A stretch of DNA of 35,909 nucleotides from Deltaproteobacteria bacterium. GTDB lineage: Bacteria; Myxococcota_A; UBA9160; UBA4427. The notes beneath the pieces are model-generated. The model saw nothing but the letters and a program-made list of their open reading frames with translations. It was not told the DNA's origin and searched no databases. Location: NCBI GenBank assembly GCA_019310975.1, contig JAFDDH010000066.1:1-35909 (forward strand). Reading direction: 5' to 3'. Position numbers and translations under genes: made by a program. Shown in pieces: positions 26,630 through 35,909 of this stretch. Position 1 is the first letter of the stretch, and every line of letters starts with the position of its first letter.

Positions 26630-27125
26630 GGGCACGGCACGCTACGTTTCACGCAAGGGGTCCCATGCATCGAGTGCAATGGGCGCCTGGATCCGAAGCG
26701 GGTACCCGGGGTGCCCGGCGCGGCGACCCCGGCGCGAGAACGGCGTACGACGACGTGTCTCGAGCCCGAGTGCAGTCGCTTCGTCGATCACGCCCCCGGG
26801 CACCGCGAGCAAGAGATCCACGCCTGCCGCAGCGGATTCGTGATGATCGGCCTCTCGGCGGAGGGAAACGACCTCGTGTGTCAGGTTCTGCACTCTGCTG
26901 ATCGGCATCGACGCTGGGCGGGAGAAGCTGCTCTGCGCGGGGTTGCCCTAGTGTCGCTCGGAGTGGCGAGGCGCAGCCTGTGATCCTGGCCTGATCGGCG
27001 GCGGTGGGAAAGAACGTGAAGAGCTTCCACGCAAAGAGGAGTGCCCTCGCCGCCGCGACCCGAATGGCCAGCTATGCTTCGCGATCTGATCCGAGCTGGA
27101 TTGCGTCGAAGGGAATCGCACAGAG

Positions 27126-28259
27126 ATGAAGATGCTCCGCTCGGATTCGCCGCGATTGTCCAGCGCGCGACGCTTCGCCAGATCGTTCACGCCCGGAATC
27201 GGCCTGCTGCTTCTGGCAGGCTGTACGTTCGAGGGCTACGTCCCGACGGAGCCGGCGCCGCCGCCGCTGGCCGAGAGCGAGGCCAACATCAGATATCTCG
27301 CAATCGGAGAGGCCGAGGTCGGCGACCTGGACTGCCCGAGCGGGCGTTGTCGCGTGCGCTACCGCTTCGTCATACCGGGTCGCGGCATTCTGCGGGTAAG
27401 CGTCGACGGCCCGATCGGCAACGGTCCAGAACCGGAGGGGCCACGCATCGCACGCGTCGCGCTGCAGGGTATCGGTCAGCAGAACCTCTCCCTCGTGTAC
27501 GGAAGCGAGATCGAGGCTGCGCCCTTCGTGGTCAGCAGTCCTGTAACGCCGGGCGTTCACTGGGTGCTCATCCAGGCGCTCGGAGGCAAGGTCGAGTACA
27601 CGGTGGCGTCGTCGTTCGAGCCCGATCCGAGTTCGGTGGAGCCCGACGATCGCGCGGGCGGCGCGCTCGCCGGTGTGCCGCCGCCGCCGCCGCCGATCGC
27701 CAGCGATCCGGTGAATCCCGGTGGATCTGCGCGCCTGGGATCGGATCGCCCTGGAAATACCAGCGACGGCGCCGACTTTGCCTACGACCCGACGCGCTAC
27801 GATCTCTTCCAGCTTCGCCGCTACGCGTTCGCCCAGGATCCGGCCGCCATGCTGCGAGGGGAGCCGGGCTCTGTGCAGGGCAACGCGTTCATCCTGCGAC
27901 AGATCCAGCGCGAGGTCCGCTACACGTTGGCCGATATGCAGTTCCAAGAGGCCTCGGCCGAAGCAGCGCAGCTCCTCGTGAGCGTCCATACCCGGACCAC
28001 GGGCGGTCGCGAGTGGTACCTGGTGAACGACGGGATCGCAGCACGCCCGTATGAGAACTACATGCAGCAGTGGACTTCGCATGGTGGGATGATCGGCGCG
28101 CGCACCTTCGCGGAGGGTGCACTGATCGTCAATTTCATCGATGCGAAGACCGGCGTGCTGCTCTGGCACGGCTGGACGATCGAAGCGATGCCGACGTCGG
28201 GCAGCGGCGATGACAAGGTCATCAAGAGTGCGGTCAAGAAGGTGCTCGCGCAATTCTGA
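27126..28259 (+). CDS. Lipoprotein with a C-terminal DUF4136 domain and a poly-Pro linker
   Basis: The signal peptide with lipobox is GIGLLLLAGC. The N-terminal beta-rich domain has a Cys pair (DLDCPSGRC). A PPPPPP linker follows. The C-terminal ALIVNFIDAKTGVLLWHGWTIE matches the DUF4136 pattern (LIVDxxDAKTxxLVWRG). Confidence 0.65.
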   Translation: MKMLRSDSPRLSSARRFARSFTPGIGLLLLAGCTFEGYVPTEPAPPPLAESEANIRYLAIGEAEVGDLDCPSGRCRVRYRFVIPGRGILRVSVDGPIGNGPEPEGPRIARVALQGIGQQNLSLVYGSEIEAAPFVVSSPVTPGVHWVLIQALGGKVEYTVASSFEPDPSSVEPDDRAGGALAGVPPPPPPIASDPVNPGGSARLGSDRPGNTSDGADFAYDPTRYDLFQLRRYAFAQDPAAMLRGEPGSVQGNAFILRQIQREVRYTLADMQFQEASAEAAQLLVSVHTRTTGGREWYLVNDGIAARPYENYMQQWTSHGGMIGARTFAEGALIVNFIDAKTGVLLWHGWTIEAMPTSGSGDDKVIKSAVKKVLAQF

Positions 28260-28285
28260 GGCACGCGGCGGGCCGCTCTCGGGGG

Positions 28286-28299
28286 ATGGGCGCGCCCAT
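28286..28299. other. Perfect 14-bp palindrome ATGGGCGCGCCCAT in the convergent intergenic region between the DUF4136 lipoprotein gene and the vWA-OmpA gene
   Basis: Seen directly. It may be a bidirectional terminator stem or a protein-binding site. Confidence 0.25.
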
Positions 28300-28361
28300 G
28301 CTCTACCGCATGGCCCTCGGGCTGGCGCCGTGCTCGCGATGGGATTCGGGCACAGAGCTGC

Positions 28362-29540
28362 TTAGAAGTCGATGATCGATAGCTCGACGCGCCGGTTCTT
28401 GCGGCGCCCCTGCTGCGTGTCGTTGGGGGCGACGGGACGGCCTGGGCCGAAGCTGTGGACCTCGAGACGCAGAGCGTCGATGCCGTGATCGATCAGCCAG
28501 ACGGCCAGGGCCTCGGCGCGCCGCTTGCCGAGGTCGAAGTTGTAGGCTGCAGCGCCCGTCGCATCGGTGTGGCCGTCGAGCCGAACGCGCACGCCCGGGT
28601 TGGCCGCGAGCACCCTGACGACCGCCTCGAGCGTGGCCTCGTGTTGCGGTCGGATGGTCGCCTGGTCGTGGTCGAAGACGTAGTCCTCGATCACCCAGCA
28701 GCCTCGCTCGTCCACCTTGGCGCCCGCCGGCGTGCGCGCGCAACGATCGAAGCGATCATCGACGCCGTCGCCATCGAGGTCCGTCATCGCGCGCGCCCTC
28801 TTGGCGACGATCGGCGGCGGCGGGCCGTTGTAGATCTGCATTTGGAAGGCATGGAGAGCATCGGCACCGTCGAGCGCATCGATCGTGCGGAACGAGCCGC
28901 ACTCTCCCAGCTCCGCCATGCCTCGTAGCAGCGCGGGACCGCGCGGATCCATGCCCACCTGTACGGTGTGATAGCAGAGCTCGCCCGGGTGTCGGGCGTG
29001 GAGACGGCGCGCGGCCTCGACGGTTTCTTCCGGACCGATGTATTTGCCGTAGCGCGTGGGTACGCCGTCCGTGAAGACGATTACGGCCACGCGTCCGGCA
29101 CGCGTCGCGAACTCCTCCCGGTAGTCATCGAGCACCTGCGCGAGCGGTGTCTGGCGTCCCGTCCACCCGACCTTGCGCGCGTGTTGGCGCAGCTCGAAGC
29201 GATCGAAGGTGGCGAGGTGTACCTGGGCGTCCTCGCGCCCTCCGAGCACACGCAGTGCCACGCGGTAGGTGCCCGGCGGCATGCCGGCCAGGAAGGCCTC
29301 GAGGACGGCCTTCTCGTTGGGGAAATCTACCAAGCGGTCGATCGAGCCCGACGCGTCGAAGATGATCAAGTTGTCCTCGACCAGCACGACGTCGCCGTCG
29401 GTCGGGCGCGCCAATCGGGCCGGATAGGGCTCGACATAAGGTGCCGCGCAGCCGGTGATTGCGATCGTGATGGCGAGCCATGTGGCGCGCTGGATTCGGA
29501 TCGAGATTGCCCCGCTTGGCCACCCCAGGGCGCGCAGCAT
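28362..29540 (-). CDS. Three-domain lipoprotein: vWA domain, thrombospondin type-3 (Ca-binding) repeat, and OmpA-family peptidoglycan-binding domain
   Basis: ATG at 29540 with the RBS GGGAGGGA. The lipobox is WLAITIAITGC. The vWA/MIDAS-like motifs are VVLVEDNLIIFDASGSI and RVAVIVFTDGVP. The TSP3 motif is DLDGDGVDDRFDRC. The OmpA C-terminal signature is LDGHTDATGAAAYNFDLGKRRAEALAVWLIDHGI...RRKNRRVELSII. Confidence 0.8.
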   Translation of the reverse strand: MLRALGWPSGAISIRIQRATWLAITIAITGCAAPYVEPYPARLARPTDGDVVLVEDNLIIFDASGSIDRLVDFPNEKAVLEAFLAGMPPGTYRVALRVLGGREDAQVHLATFDRFELRQHARKVGWTGRQTPLAQVLDDYREEFATRAGRVAVIVFTDGVPTRYGKYIGPEETVEAARRLHARHPGELCYHTVQVGMDPRGPALLRGMAELGECGSFRTIDALDGADALHAFQMQIYNGPPPPIVAKRARAMTDLDGDGVDDRFDRCARTPAGAKVDERGCWVIEDYVFDHDQATIRPQHEATLEAVVRVLAANPGVRVRLDGHTDATGAAAYNFDLGKRRAEALAVWLIDHGIDALRLEVHSFGPGRPVAPNDTQQGRRKNRRVELSIIDF

Positions 29541-29737
29541 CTGTGTGGGTCCCTCCCGTGCGCGCCGCACTGTAGCGCTGCTGCAAATTTGCGTCGTACG
29601 AATTCTGGAGGGAAAGCGACACGGAATTCCCCCCCCACCGGCTCCCGGCCCGCGGGCGGCCCGTGGTACTCTCACGCGCATGCCGCGCGCGAGGCGATGC
29701 CCGCGGGCTGGTGAAAATGCATGGGAGGCGGTGAAGG

Positions 29738-30280
29738 GTGCGGAAGGCGGAGTCCGAGGCGACCCGAGTCTGGGCGTGCACGTCGCGCTGGAAGGTGATT
29801 GCGGCGCTCTTCGCGGTGGTCCTCCTGGCCGCGCCAAGTCTGGGCTGCGTGTCGCGCAGCAAGTCAAAGAAGGCCTGTGCGCTCTTCCAGGCCAGCAGTG
29901 ACCTCAACCTATACGACGGCGAGCCGCACTCCATCACCGTCTACATCTACGCACTTTCGAGCTCGGAGGGCTTCGAGCGCACCAGCGTTTCCGACCTACT
30001 CGAAGGCGAGCTGCCGAGCGGGGTTCTGAAGCCACCCGTGCCCGTCACGGTCTCGCCCGATGAGAAACGCGCCTTCGAGGAAATGTTTCCGGCCGAGACC
30101 AGTCAGCTCGGGCTGCTGGCCGACTATTACCGCGCACCCGGAGATCCCGAGGGCACACGCACGCTGGTCGTCCCGGCACGCTGTGGTCTTCGCAAGCCGA
30201 GGCTCGAGCTCTCGAGCACGGATGTCAGCCGGAAGTCGTCGCGATCTCGTTTGGTTCCGTCGAGCCTTTTGCCACGATGA
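29738..30280 (+). CDS. Small lipoprotein, hypothetical, with loose resemblance to the TssJ/SciN lipoprotein pattern
   Basis: The signal peptide with lipobox is RWKVIAALFAVVLLAAPSLGC. The mature part, QASSDLNLYDGEPHSITVYIYALSSSEGFERTSVSDLL, is reminiscent of the N-terminal conserved block of T6SS TssJ lipoproteins. This rests on memory only and is low confidence. Confidence 0.45.
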   Translation: MRKAESEATRVWACTSRWKVIAALFAVVLLAAPSLGCVSRSKSKKACALFQASSDLNLYDGEPHSITVYIYALSSSEGFERTSVSDLLEGELPSGVLKPPVPVTVSPDEKRAFEEMFPAETSQLGLLADYYRAPGDPEGTRTLVVPARCGLRKPRLELSSTDVSRKSSRSRLVPSSLLPR

Positions 30281-30334
30281 TCCGTGATGTTCGGCAAGCT
30301 GCCGGCAGCGGATGACGGACCGAGTGGTTCTGCC

Positions 30335-31282
30335 ATGCGGATGAAATTCGCCCTCGTGCTGCTCGCACTGCTCTCATTCGGAGCCACCTCATCGCAGGGA
30401 CCCTTCGTGTCCGAGCATCCACTCGAAAAGGGGCTGACAAGGGAGCAACGGATCGCGCTGGAGAGCATCGCTCTACAGGCCGAGATCCTGCACCCCTCCG
30501 TGCTGGAGGTTTCGCGAAATGCCGACCTCTTGCTGCGGCTACCCGCCCTATGGGCTGACTTCGAGCTATCGGTCGCTCCGCTCTTCGCGCCCTATGACGA
30601 CGACGAACGCGCAGCCCTCCAGCACCTGATGCGCCAGCCTGGGTTGGTGGAGCTGCTCGCCGATCGCGTGACGTCGGGTGAGGGAGATCTCGAAGCTGCG
30701 CTCGAGCCCTATCCGGAGGCTCTCCGCGACGTTGCGCGCGCCGCGCTGAGCAATCACCCGGAGCTCTTGCTGGGGCTACGTGCCCAGACCCAGGGCGCCG
30801 TCCTGGCCTTCGAAGCGCTGATCGCTACGCGCCCACCCGACACGCGGGACGCCTTTCGCGAGGTGGTGGGCGAGCCGGTGCTGACCAGCCTGTTGATCGA
30901 GCACCCAGACGTGAGCCTGATGCTCGGCGGCGCCGCAGTCGTGGACGGTCCGGGCACGTTGGAGCAGCTCGCCTTGCTGCGGCGCCAAGTGGTAGAGAAG
31001 AAACGCGAGGCCCAGGCCGCCGCCGAGCGCCGCCGGCGGGCGCTCGAGCAGGCGCAGCAGCGGATCGCCGAGCAGGAGGCAGAGCGCAGGACCGAGAGGC
31101 GGGCACGCCGGCTCTATTGGGGTCGATATCCCTATTGGAGTTCGTCGTGCTGGTACGGTGACCCCTTCTACGATCCCTACTGGTCGGTCGGCCATCGTCG
31201 CTGCTTCTATCCCTGGTACCGCTATGGGCATCGCCATGGGCATTGGCGCGGGCATCGGCGCGGGCATCGGCGCCGCTGGTAG
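30335..31282 (+). CDS. Secreted alpha-helical protein with a C-terminal His/Arg/Trp/Tyr-rich cationic repeat tail (possibly DUF3300-like)
   Basis: The probable start is MRMKFALVLLALLSFGATSSQG, a signal peptide. The body is Leu/Ala/Glu-rich. The C-terminal 60 aa read YWGRYPYWSSSCWYGDPFYDPYWSVGHRRCFYPWYRYGHRHGHWRGHRRGHRRRW. Confidence 0.55.
   Translation: MRMKFALVLLALLSFGATSSQGPFVSEHPLEKGLTREQRIALESIALQAEILHPSVLEVSRNADLLLRLPALWADFELSVAPLFAPYDDDERAALQHLMRQPGLVELLADRVTSGEGDLEAALEPYPEALRDVARAALSNHPELLLGLRAQTQGAVLAFEALIATRPPDTRDAFREVVGEPVLTSLLIEHPDVSLMLGGAAVVDGPGTLEQLALLRRQVVEKKREAQAAAERRRRALEQAQQRIAEQEAERRTERRARRLYWGRYPYWSSSCWYGDPFYDPYWSVGHRRCFYPWYRYGHRHGHWRGHRRGHRRRW
31226..31273 (+). repeat. 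Four tandem 12-nt units (GGGCATCGGCGC variants) encoding GHRH-GHWR-GHRR-GHRR at the 3' end of the secreted-protein gene
   Basis: Seen directly: gggcatcgccat gggcattggcgc gggcatcggcgc gggcatcggcgc. Confidence 0.7.
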
Positions 31283-31326
31283 CCGCGACGCACCGCGCGG
31301 CGCCGCTTTGCTGTACGCTCGACCGC

Positions 31327-32085
31327 ATGCATCCCCTTCCCCGTCCGTCCCGCATCGTGCGCCTCGTGCCCTTCCCGGCGCTCGGGATCGCCGTCAGCCT
31401 TCTACTGACCACGAGCTGCCTGGCCGAGTCGCCCACCAGCGCCGCGTCGGCCGATGAGGGGACGCGCGTGCGTGCGCGCGGACACTCGATCGTGGTGGCA
31501 CCGCCGGATCTCTCGATCGTCGATCTCGCCGTCGCCTCCGAGGCGCCCGAGGCTGCTGCGGCCGCCCAGATCAATGCTGAGCAGATGCACGCCGTGCTCG
31601 ATGCACTCGACAAGGCATTCGCTGACGTGGCCGAAGTCGAGACCAGTGGCTATACGCTGAGCCCTCGCTACGACTTCCAGAAGGGCACGGGTCGAGTGCT
31701 CACCGGCTTCACGGCGCGCAGCGCGTTGCGGGTGAAGAGCCGCGACGTGGAGGCGGCCGGCCGCATCATCGACGTGGCCGTGGGGGCGGGTGCCGACGAG
31801 GTCAGGAGTGTCCGATTCGGGCTCCAGGACGACACCCAGCAACGTGAGCAGGCACTCGCGCAGGCCACCCGCCAGGCGCGGCGCCGTGCCGAGGTGATGG
31901 CCGAGGCGATCGGCTTGCGCGTCCGCCGCGTCGTCGATGTCGACGAAATCGGGTCGGGTGCGGCGCCGGTTTTCGCGCAGTCGCGAGCACTCTCGGTGCA
32001 GGCGGACGCTTCTCCGACCCCGATCGAGGCCGCGGGCGTCGAGGTCCGCGCCGATGTCTCGATCGAGGTGGAGGCCGTGCCCTAG
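31327..32085 (+). CDS. SIMPL-domain (DUF541, YggE-like) periplasmic protein
   Basis: The start is placed at [33 protein letters not shown], a signal peptide. The architecture is SIMPL-like ([18 protein letters not shown]...[12 protein letters not shown]...[11 protein letters not shown]). Confidence 0.7.
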   Translation: MHPLPRPSRIVRLVPFPALGIAVSLLLTTSCLAESPTSAASADEGTRVRARGHSIVVAPPDLSIVDLAVASEAPEAAAAAQINAEQMHAVLDALDKAFADVAEVETSGYTLSPRYDFQKGTGRVLTGFTARSALRVKSRDVEAAGRIIDVAVGAGADEVRSVRFGLQDDTQQREQALAQATRQARRRAEVMAEAIGLRVRRVVDVDEIGSGAAPVFAQSRALSVQADASPTPIEAAGVEVRADVSIEVEAVP

Positions 32086-33704
32086 TGGTCGGTCTCCGCT
32101 CATTGCCCGCTTGGCGGGCGGCTCGCGACCACCAGCAGCGCCTGGCCAACGTGCATCTGCGCGAGCTCTTCGCCGGGGATGCGGTCCGCGCCGAGCGGCT
32201 CTCCCTCGAGGCCGGGGGGTTGTTGCTCGACTACTCGAAGAATCGCGTCGATGACGACGCATTGGCCTCGCTCTTCGCGTTGGCGCGCGACGCAGGACTG
32301 CAGGGGCGCATCGACGCGATGTTTGCCGGCGATCCCATCAACGAGACCGAGGGCCGGGCCGTGCTCCACACCGCGCTGCGCGCCCCGCGCGATGCGCGCA
32401 CCCTGGTGCGGGGCGAGGACGTCGTCCCGATGGTTCACGGCGTGCTCGATCGCATGGCGGACTTTGCCGAGCGCGTGCGTTCCGGAGCTTGGTCGGGCCA
32501 CGACGGGCGGCGTATCCGCAACGTCGTGAATATCGGGATCGGGGGCTCGGATCTCGGCCCACTGATGGCCGTCGAGGCGCTACGACCCTATGCGAACCCG
32601 CGTCTGCGGGTCGCCTTCGTATCCAACGTGGACGCGAGTGACTTTGTGAGTCGCACGGCTGGACTCGATCCGGCCGAGACCCTCTTCGTCATCTGTTCCA
32701 AGACGTTCACCACCGAGGAGACGTTGACCAACGCGCGCACTGCGCGACGCTGGCTGCTGGACTCGGGTGCCGATGAGGCGGCCGTTGCGAAGCATTTCGT
32801 CGCCGTCTCCGCGAATCGTGAGGAGGTTGAACGATTCGGCATCGACCGGATCAATATGTTCGAGCTCTGGGACTGGGTGGGCGGACGCTACTCGTATTCG
32901 TCGGCGGCGGGGCTCTCCTTGATGCTCGCGATCGGAAGGGACAACCACCGCGAGATGCTCGACGGCTCCTGCGTCATGGACGAGCACTTTCGCACGGCGC
33001 CCTTCGAGCGGAACGCACCGGTGATCGCAGCGCTGCTGGGGCTCTGGTACAGCGAGTTCTTCGGCTGGGAAAGCCAGTGCGTGCTGCCCTATAGCCGCGA
33101 CCTGCATCGCCTGCCTGCGCACCTGCAGCAGCTCGACATGGAGAGCAGCGGCAAGCAGGTGAGGATGGACGGCTCACGCGTCGATCACCCGACCGGCGCC
33201 ATCCTCTGGGGTGAGACGGGCACCAACGCTCAGCACGCCTTCTACCAGCTGCTCCACCAGGGAACGCATTTCGTTCCCTGCGATTTCATCGGCTTCGCGC
33301 AGAGCCACGATGACATCGGGAGCCACCACGACCTGCTGATGGCAAATTTCTTCGCCCAGACCGAGGCGCTCGCCTTCGGGCGCAGCGCAAAGCAGGTGGC
33401 GGCCGAGGGAGTGCCCGACGATCTCGTGGCGCATCGCACTTTTGATGGGAATCGGCCAAGCAATACGATCCTGGCGGATCGTTTGACGCCCAGCGTGCTC
33501 GGACAGCTCGTGACCTTCTACGAGCACAAGGTCTTCGTGCAGGGCTGTCTGTGGGGCATCAACTCCTTCGATCAATGGGGTGTCGAGCTCGGCAAGGCGC
33601 TGGCCAGTACGATCCTGGCCGAGATCGAGAGTGAGGACGAGCCGAAGCTCTGCCACGATGCGTCGACGAATGCGTTGATCCAGCGCTATCGGGAACGGCG
33701 CTAG
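32085..33704 (+). CDS. pgi: Glucose-6-phosphate isomerase
   Basis: 539-aa ORF with near-collinear similarity to E. coli Pgi: [78 protein letters not shown]. The GTG start overlaps the upstream stop by 1 nt. Confidence 0.95.
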   Translation: MVGLRSLPAWRAARDHQQRLANVHLRELFAGDAVRAERLSLEAGGLLLDYSKNRVDDDALASLFALARDAGLQGRIDAMFAGDPINETEGRAVLHTALRAPRDARTLVRGEDVVPMVHGVLDRMADFAERVRSGAWSGHDGRRIRNVVNIGIGGSDLGPLMAVEALRPYANPRLRVAFVSNVDASDFVSRTAGLDPAETLFVICSKTFTTEETLTNARTARRWLLDSGADEAAVAKHFVAVSANREEVERFGIDRINMFELWDWVGGRYSYSSAAGLSLMLAIGRDNHREMLDGSCVMDEHFRTAPFERNAPVIAALLGLWYSEFFGWESQCVLPYSRDLHRLPAHLQQLDMESSGKQVRMDGSRVDHPTGAILWGETGTNAQHAFYQLLHQGTHFVPCDFIGFAQSHDDIGSHHDLLMANFFAQTEALAFGRSAKQVAAEGVPDDLVAHRTFDGNRPSNTILADRLTPSVLGQLVTFYEHKVFVQGCLWGINSFDQWGVELGKALASTILAEIESEDEPKLCHDASTNALIQRYRERR

Positions 33705-33708
33705 GCGC

Positions 33709-34491
33709 CTAACCCAGGAGTGCTCGCAGCCTCTCGGACCAGGGTCCGGGCCGGCCATCGGCGATCTGGCGGCCATCGAGGAGCGTGATCGGGACCGCAC
33801 CGCGCACGGCGTTCACGGCGATCAGCTCACGCGCCTCTGCGACCTCACGGACCCCGATCTCGGCCGGCTTGGCCTCGATCGGCTGCCCGCTCAGCACCTC
33901 GAGAGCGATGCCCGCGACGGCGCCAAGTGCGCGATCCGGTAGCCGTAGCTCTCCTCTGGCGCCGACCACCAGCAGATTGCTGCGCGCCCCCTCCACGAGA
34001 CGCCCCGCGGAGTCGAAGAGGATCGTCTCGTCCGTGCCCCGCGCGATCGACAGGCTGCGTGCGCGCTCGAACGCCCCTTGCGGGTGAAGTTTGAGGCCGA
34101 CGGGAGAAGTGGGGCCGGGGTGCTGGAAGGGCGCGGTGAGCGCGGTCCAGGCTTCGGGCTCCTTTCCGACGGGCCGCGGCGTGCCGATCAACACTGCGCC
34201 ACCGCCGCCGAGCTCGCATGCGGCCAGCCGCACGATGCCCTCGGTGGCGCCGAATTCCGCGTGCGCCAGCTCGGTGAATGCGCGCTGGATCGTCTCGACA
34301 GCGGGCTCTGCGAGCCCGAGCGCCAGAGCGTCACGCCGCAGGCGCTGGACGTGGTGGACGAGGTGGCGCACCTGGCCGTTCTTCACGCGCGCCGTCGTAT
34401 AGCAGCCCCTTGCGTCGCCGAGCGCCCGGTCGAGGTCATCCGCCTCGACGACACGATCGTCGACCCAATAGTGACGCGGGAGCTCGGGCAG
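33709..34491 (-). CDS. pabC: Class IV aminotransferase-fold protein, probable 4-amino-4-deoxychorismate lyase (PabC-like). No canonical start codon is present; a CTG start is assumed.
   Basis: The ORF track begins at the GTG at 34386. Conserved PabC/IlvE-type N-terminal sequence (HYWVDDRVVEADDLDRALGDARGCYTTARV) continues in frame upstream, right up to the TGA stop of gltA at 34501-34503. No ATG, GTG or TTG lies in between, so a CTG at 34491 is the nearest plausible start. Downstream motifs are EGARSNLLVV and a Gly-rich C-terminal domain. Confidence 0.65.
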   Translation of the reverse strand: MPELPRHYWVDDRVVEADDLDRALGDARGCYTTARVKNGQVRHLVHHVQRLRRDALALGLAEPAVETIQRAFTELAHAEFGATEGIVRLAACELGGGGAVLIGTPRPVGKEPEAWTALTAPFQHPGPTSPVGLKLHPQGAFERARSLSIARGTDETILFDSAGRLVEGARSNLLVVGARGELRLPDRALGAVAGIALEVLSGQPIEAKPAEIGVREVAEARELIAVNAVRGAVPITLLDGRQIADGRPGPWSERLRALLG

Positions 34492-34500
34492 GGCCGCGGC

Positions 34501-35787
<1,287 letters not shown>

Positions 35788-35789
35788 GG

Positions 35790-35813
35790 AAGCTCCTCCT
35801 CAGGATTTCTGTC
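35790..35813. repeat. Perfect tandem duplication of a 12-nt unit (TCAGGATTTCTG twice), immediately upstream of the gltA RBS
   Basis: Seen directly. On the minus strand it reads CAGAAATCCTGA CAGAAATCCTGA GGAGGAGCTTCC ATG. Confidence 0.7.
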
Positions 35814-35909
35814 AGGATTTCTGGCTGGCTCGATGGTTCCGTCGCTGGCTGCGGACCCCGTCCGCCCGGCATCCCGACGGTGCGGCGCGTCGTTACTACT
35901 CGCGGGCAC

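Noticed and set aside
26642-26908. 88-aa minus-strand ORF (and the overlapping 90-aa plus-strand ORF at 26711..26983) in the 500-bp gap
   Set aside because: GC3 of about 72% is below what the confident genes show. The tails are Arg-rich and I recognise no motif. This is left as unresolved rather than called.
27072-28253. 393-aa minus-strand ORF antisense to the DUF4136 lipoprotein gene
   Set aside because: Arg-rich composition and no signal or domain features. The plus-strand product has a lipobox and a recognisable C-terminal domain.

Overview
This is a high-GC (about 68-70%) bacterial chromosomal window. It has the character of a Myxococcota or other Gram-negative delta-proteobacterium-like genome, with many lipobox lipoproteins, TSP3 repeats, and E. 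coli-type long Asd and Pgi. I can support about 31 protein-coding genes and found no rRNA, tRNA, CRISPR array or obvious mobile element.

Clearly identified housekeeping genes are M3 oligoendopeptidase F, a HAL2/CysQ-type PAP phosphatase, a PQQ-dependent dehydrogenase (frameshifted), a class III aminotransferase, a PAPS-type sulfotransferase, asd, argC, a Zn-dependent alcohol dehydrogenase, pgi, a PabC-like class IV fold enzyme and type II citrate synthase gltA.

Three less ordinary neighbourhoods sit between them:
- A flotillin (SPFH) operon on the minus strand: HTH protein, flotillin, a truncated STAS_2 fragment, an alpha/beta hydrolase and a polytopic membrane protein.
- A run of five exported or lipoproteins at 27.1-32.1 kb: a DUF4136 lipoprotein, a vWA-TSP3-OmpA peptidoglycan-anchored lipoprotein, a small TssJ-like lipoprotein, a secreted protein with a His/Arg/Trp/Tyr-rich repeat tail, and a SIMPL protein.
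- A glyco-envelope block at 20.0-26.6 kb: a GT-C-like membrane protein, an alcohol dehydrogenase, a GT39/ArnT-like glycosyltransferase and a PHP/CehA-type metallohydrolase lipoprotein.

Several sequence-level oddities are reported as findings: a 13-nt tandem repeat that fills a convergent intergenic region, a frameshift at a G-run in the PQQ dehydrogenase, a PabC-like gene whose conserved N-terminus begins directly in frame after the gltA stop with no canonical start codon, an AT-rich palindromic operator-like site, and short tandem and direct repeats in promoter regions.

Every functional call is inference from motif and family recognition by eye. No database searches were run.
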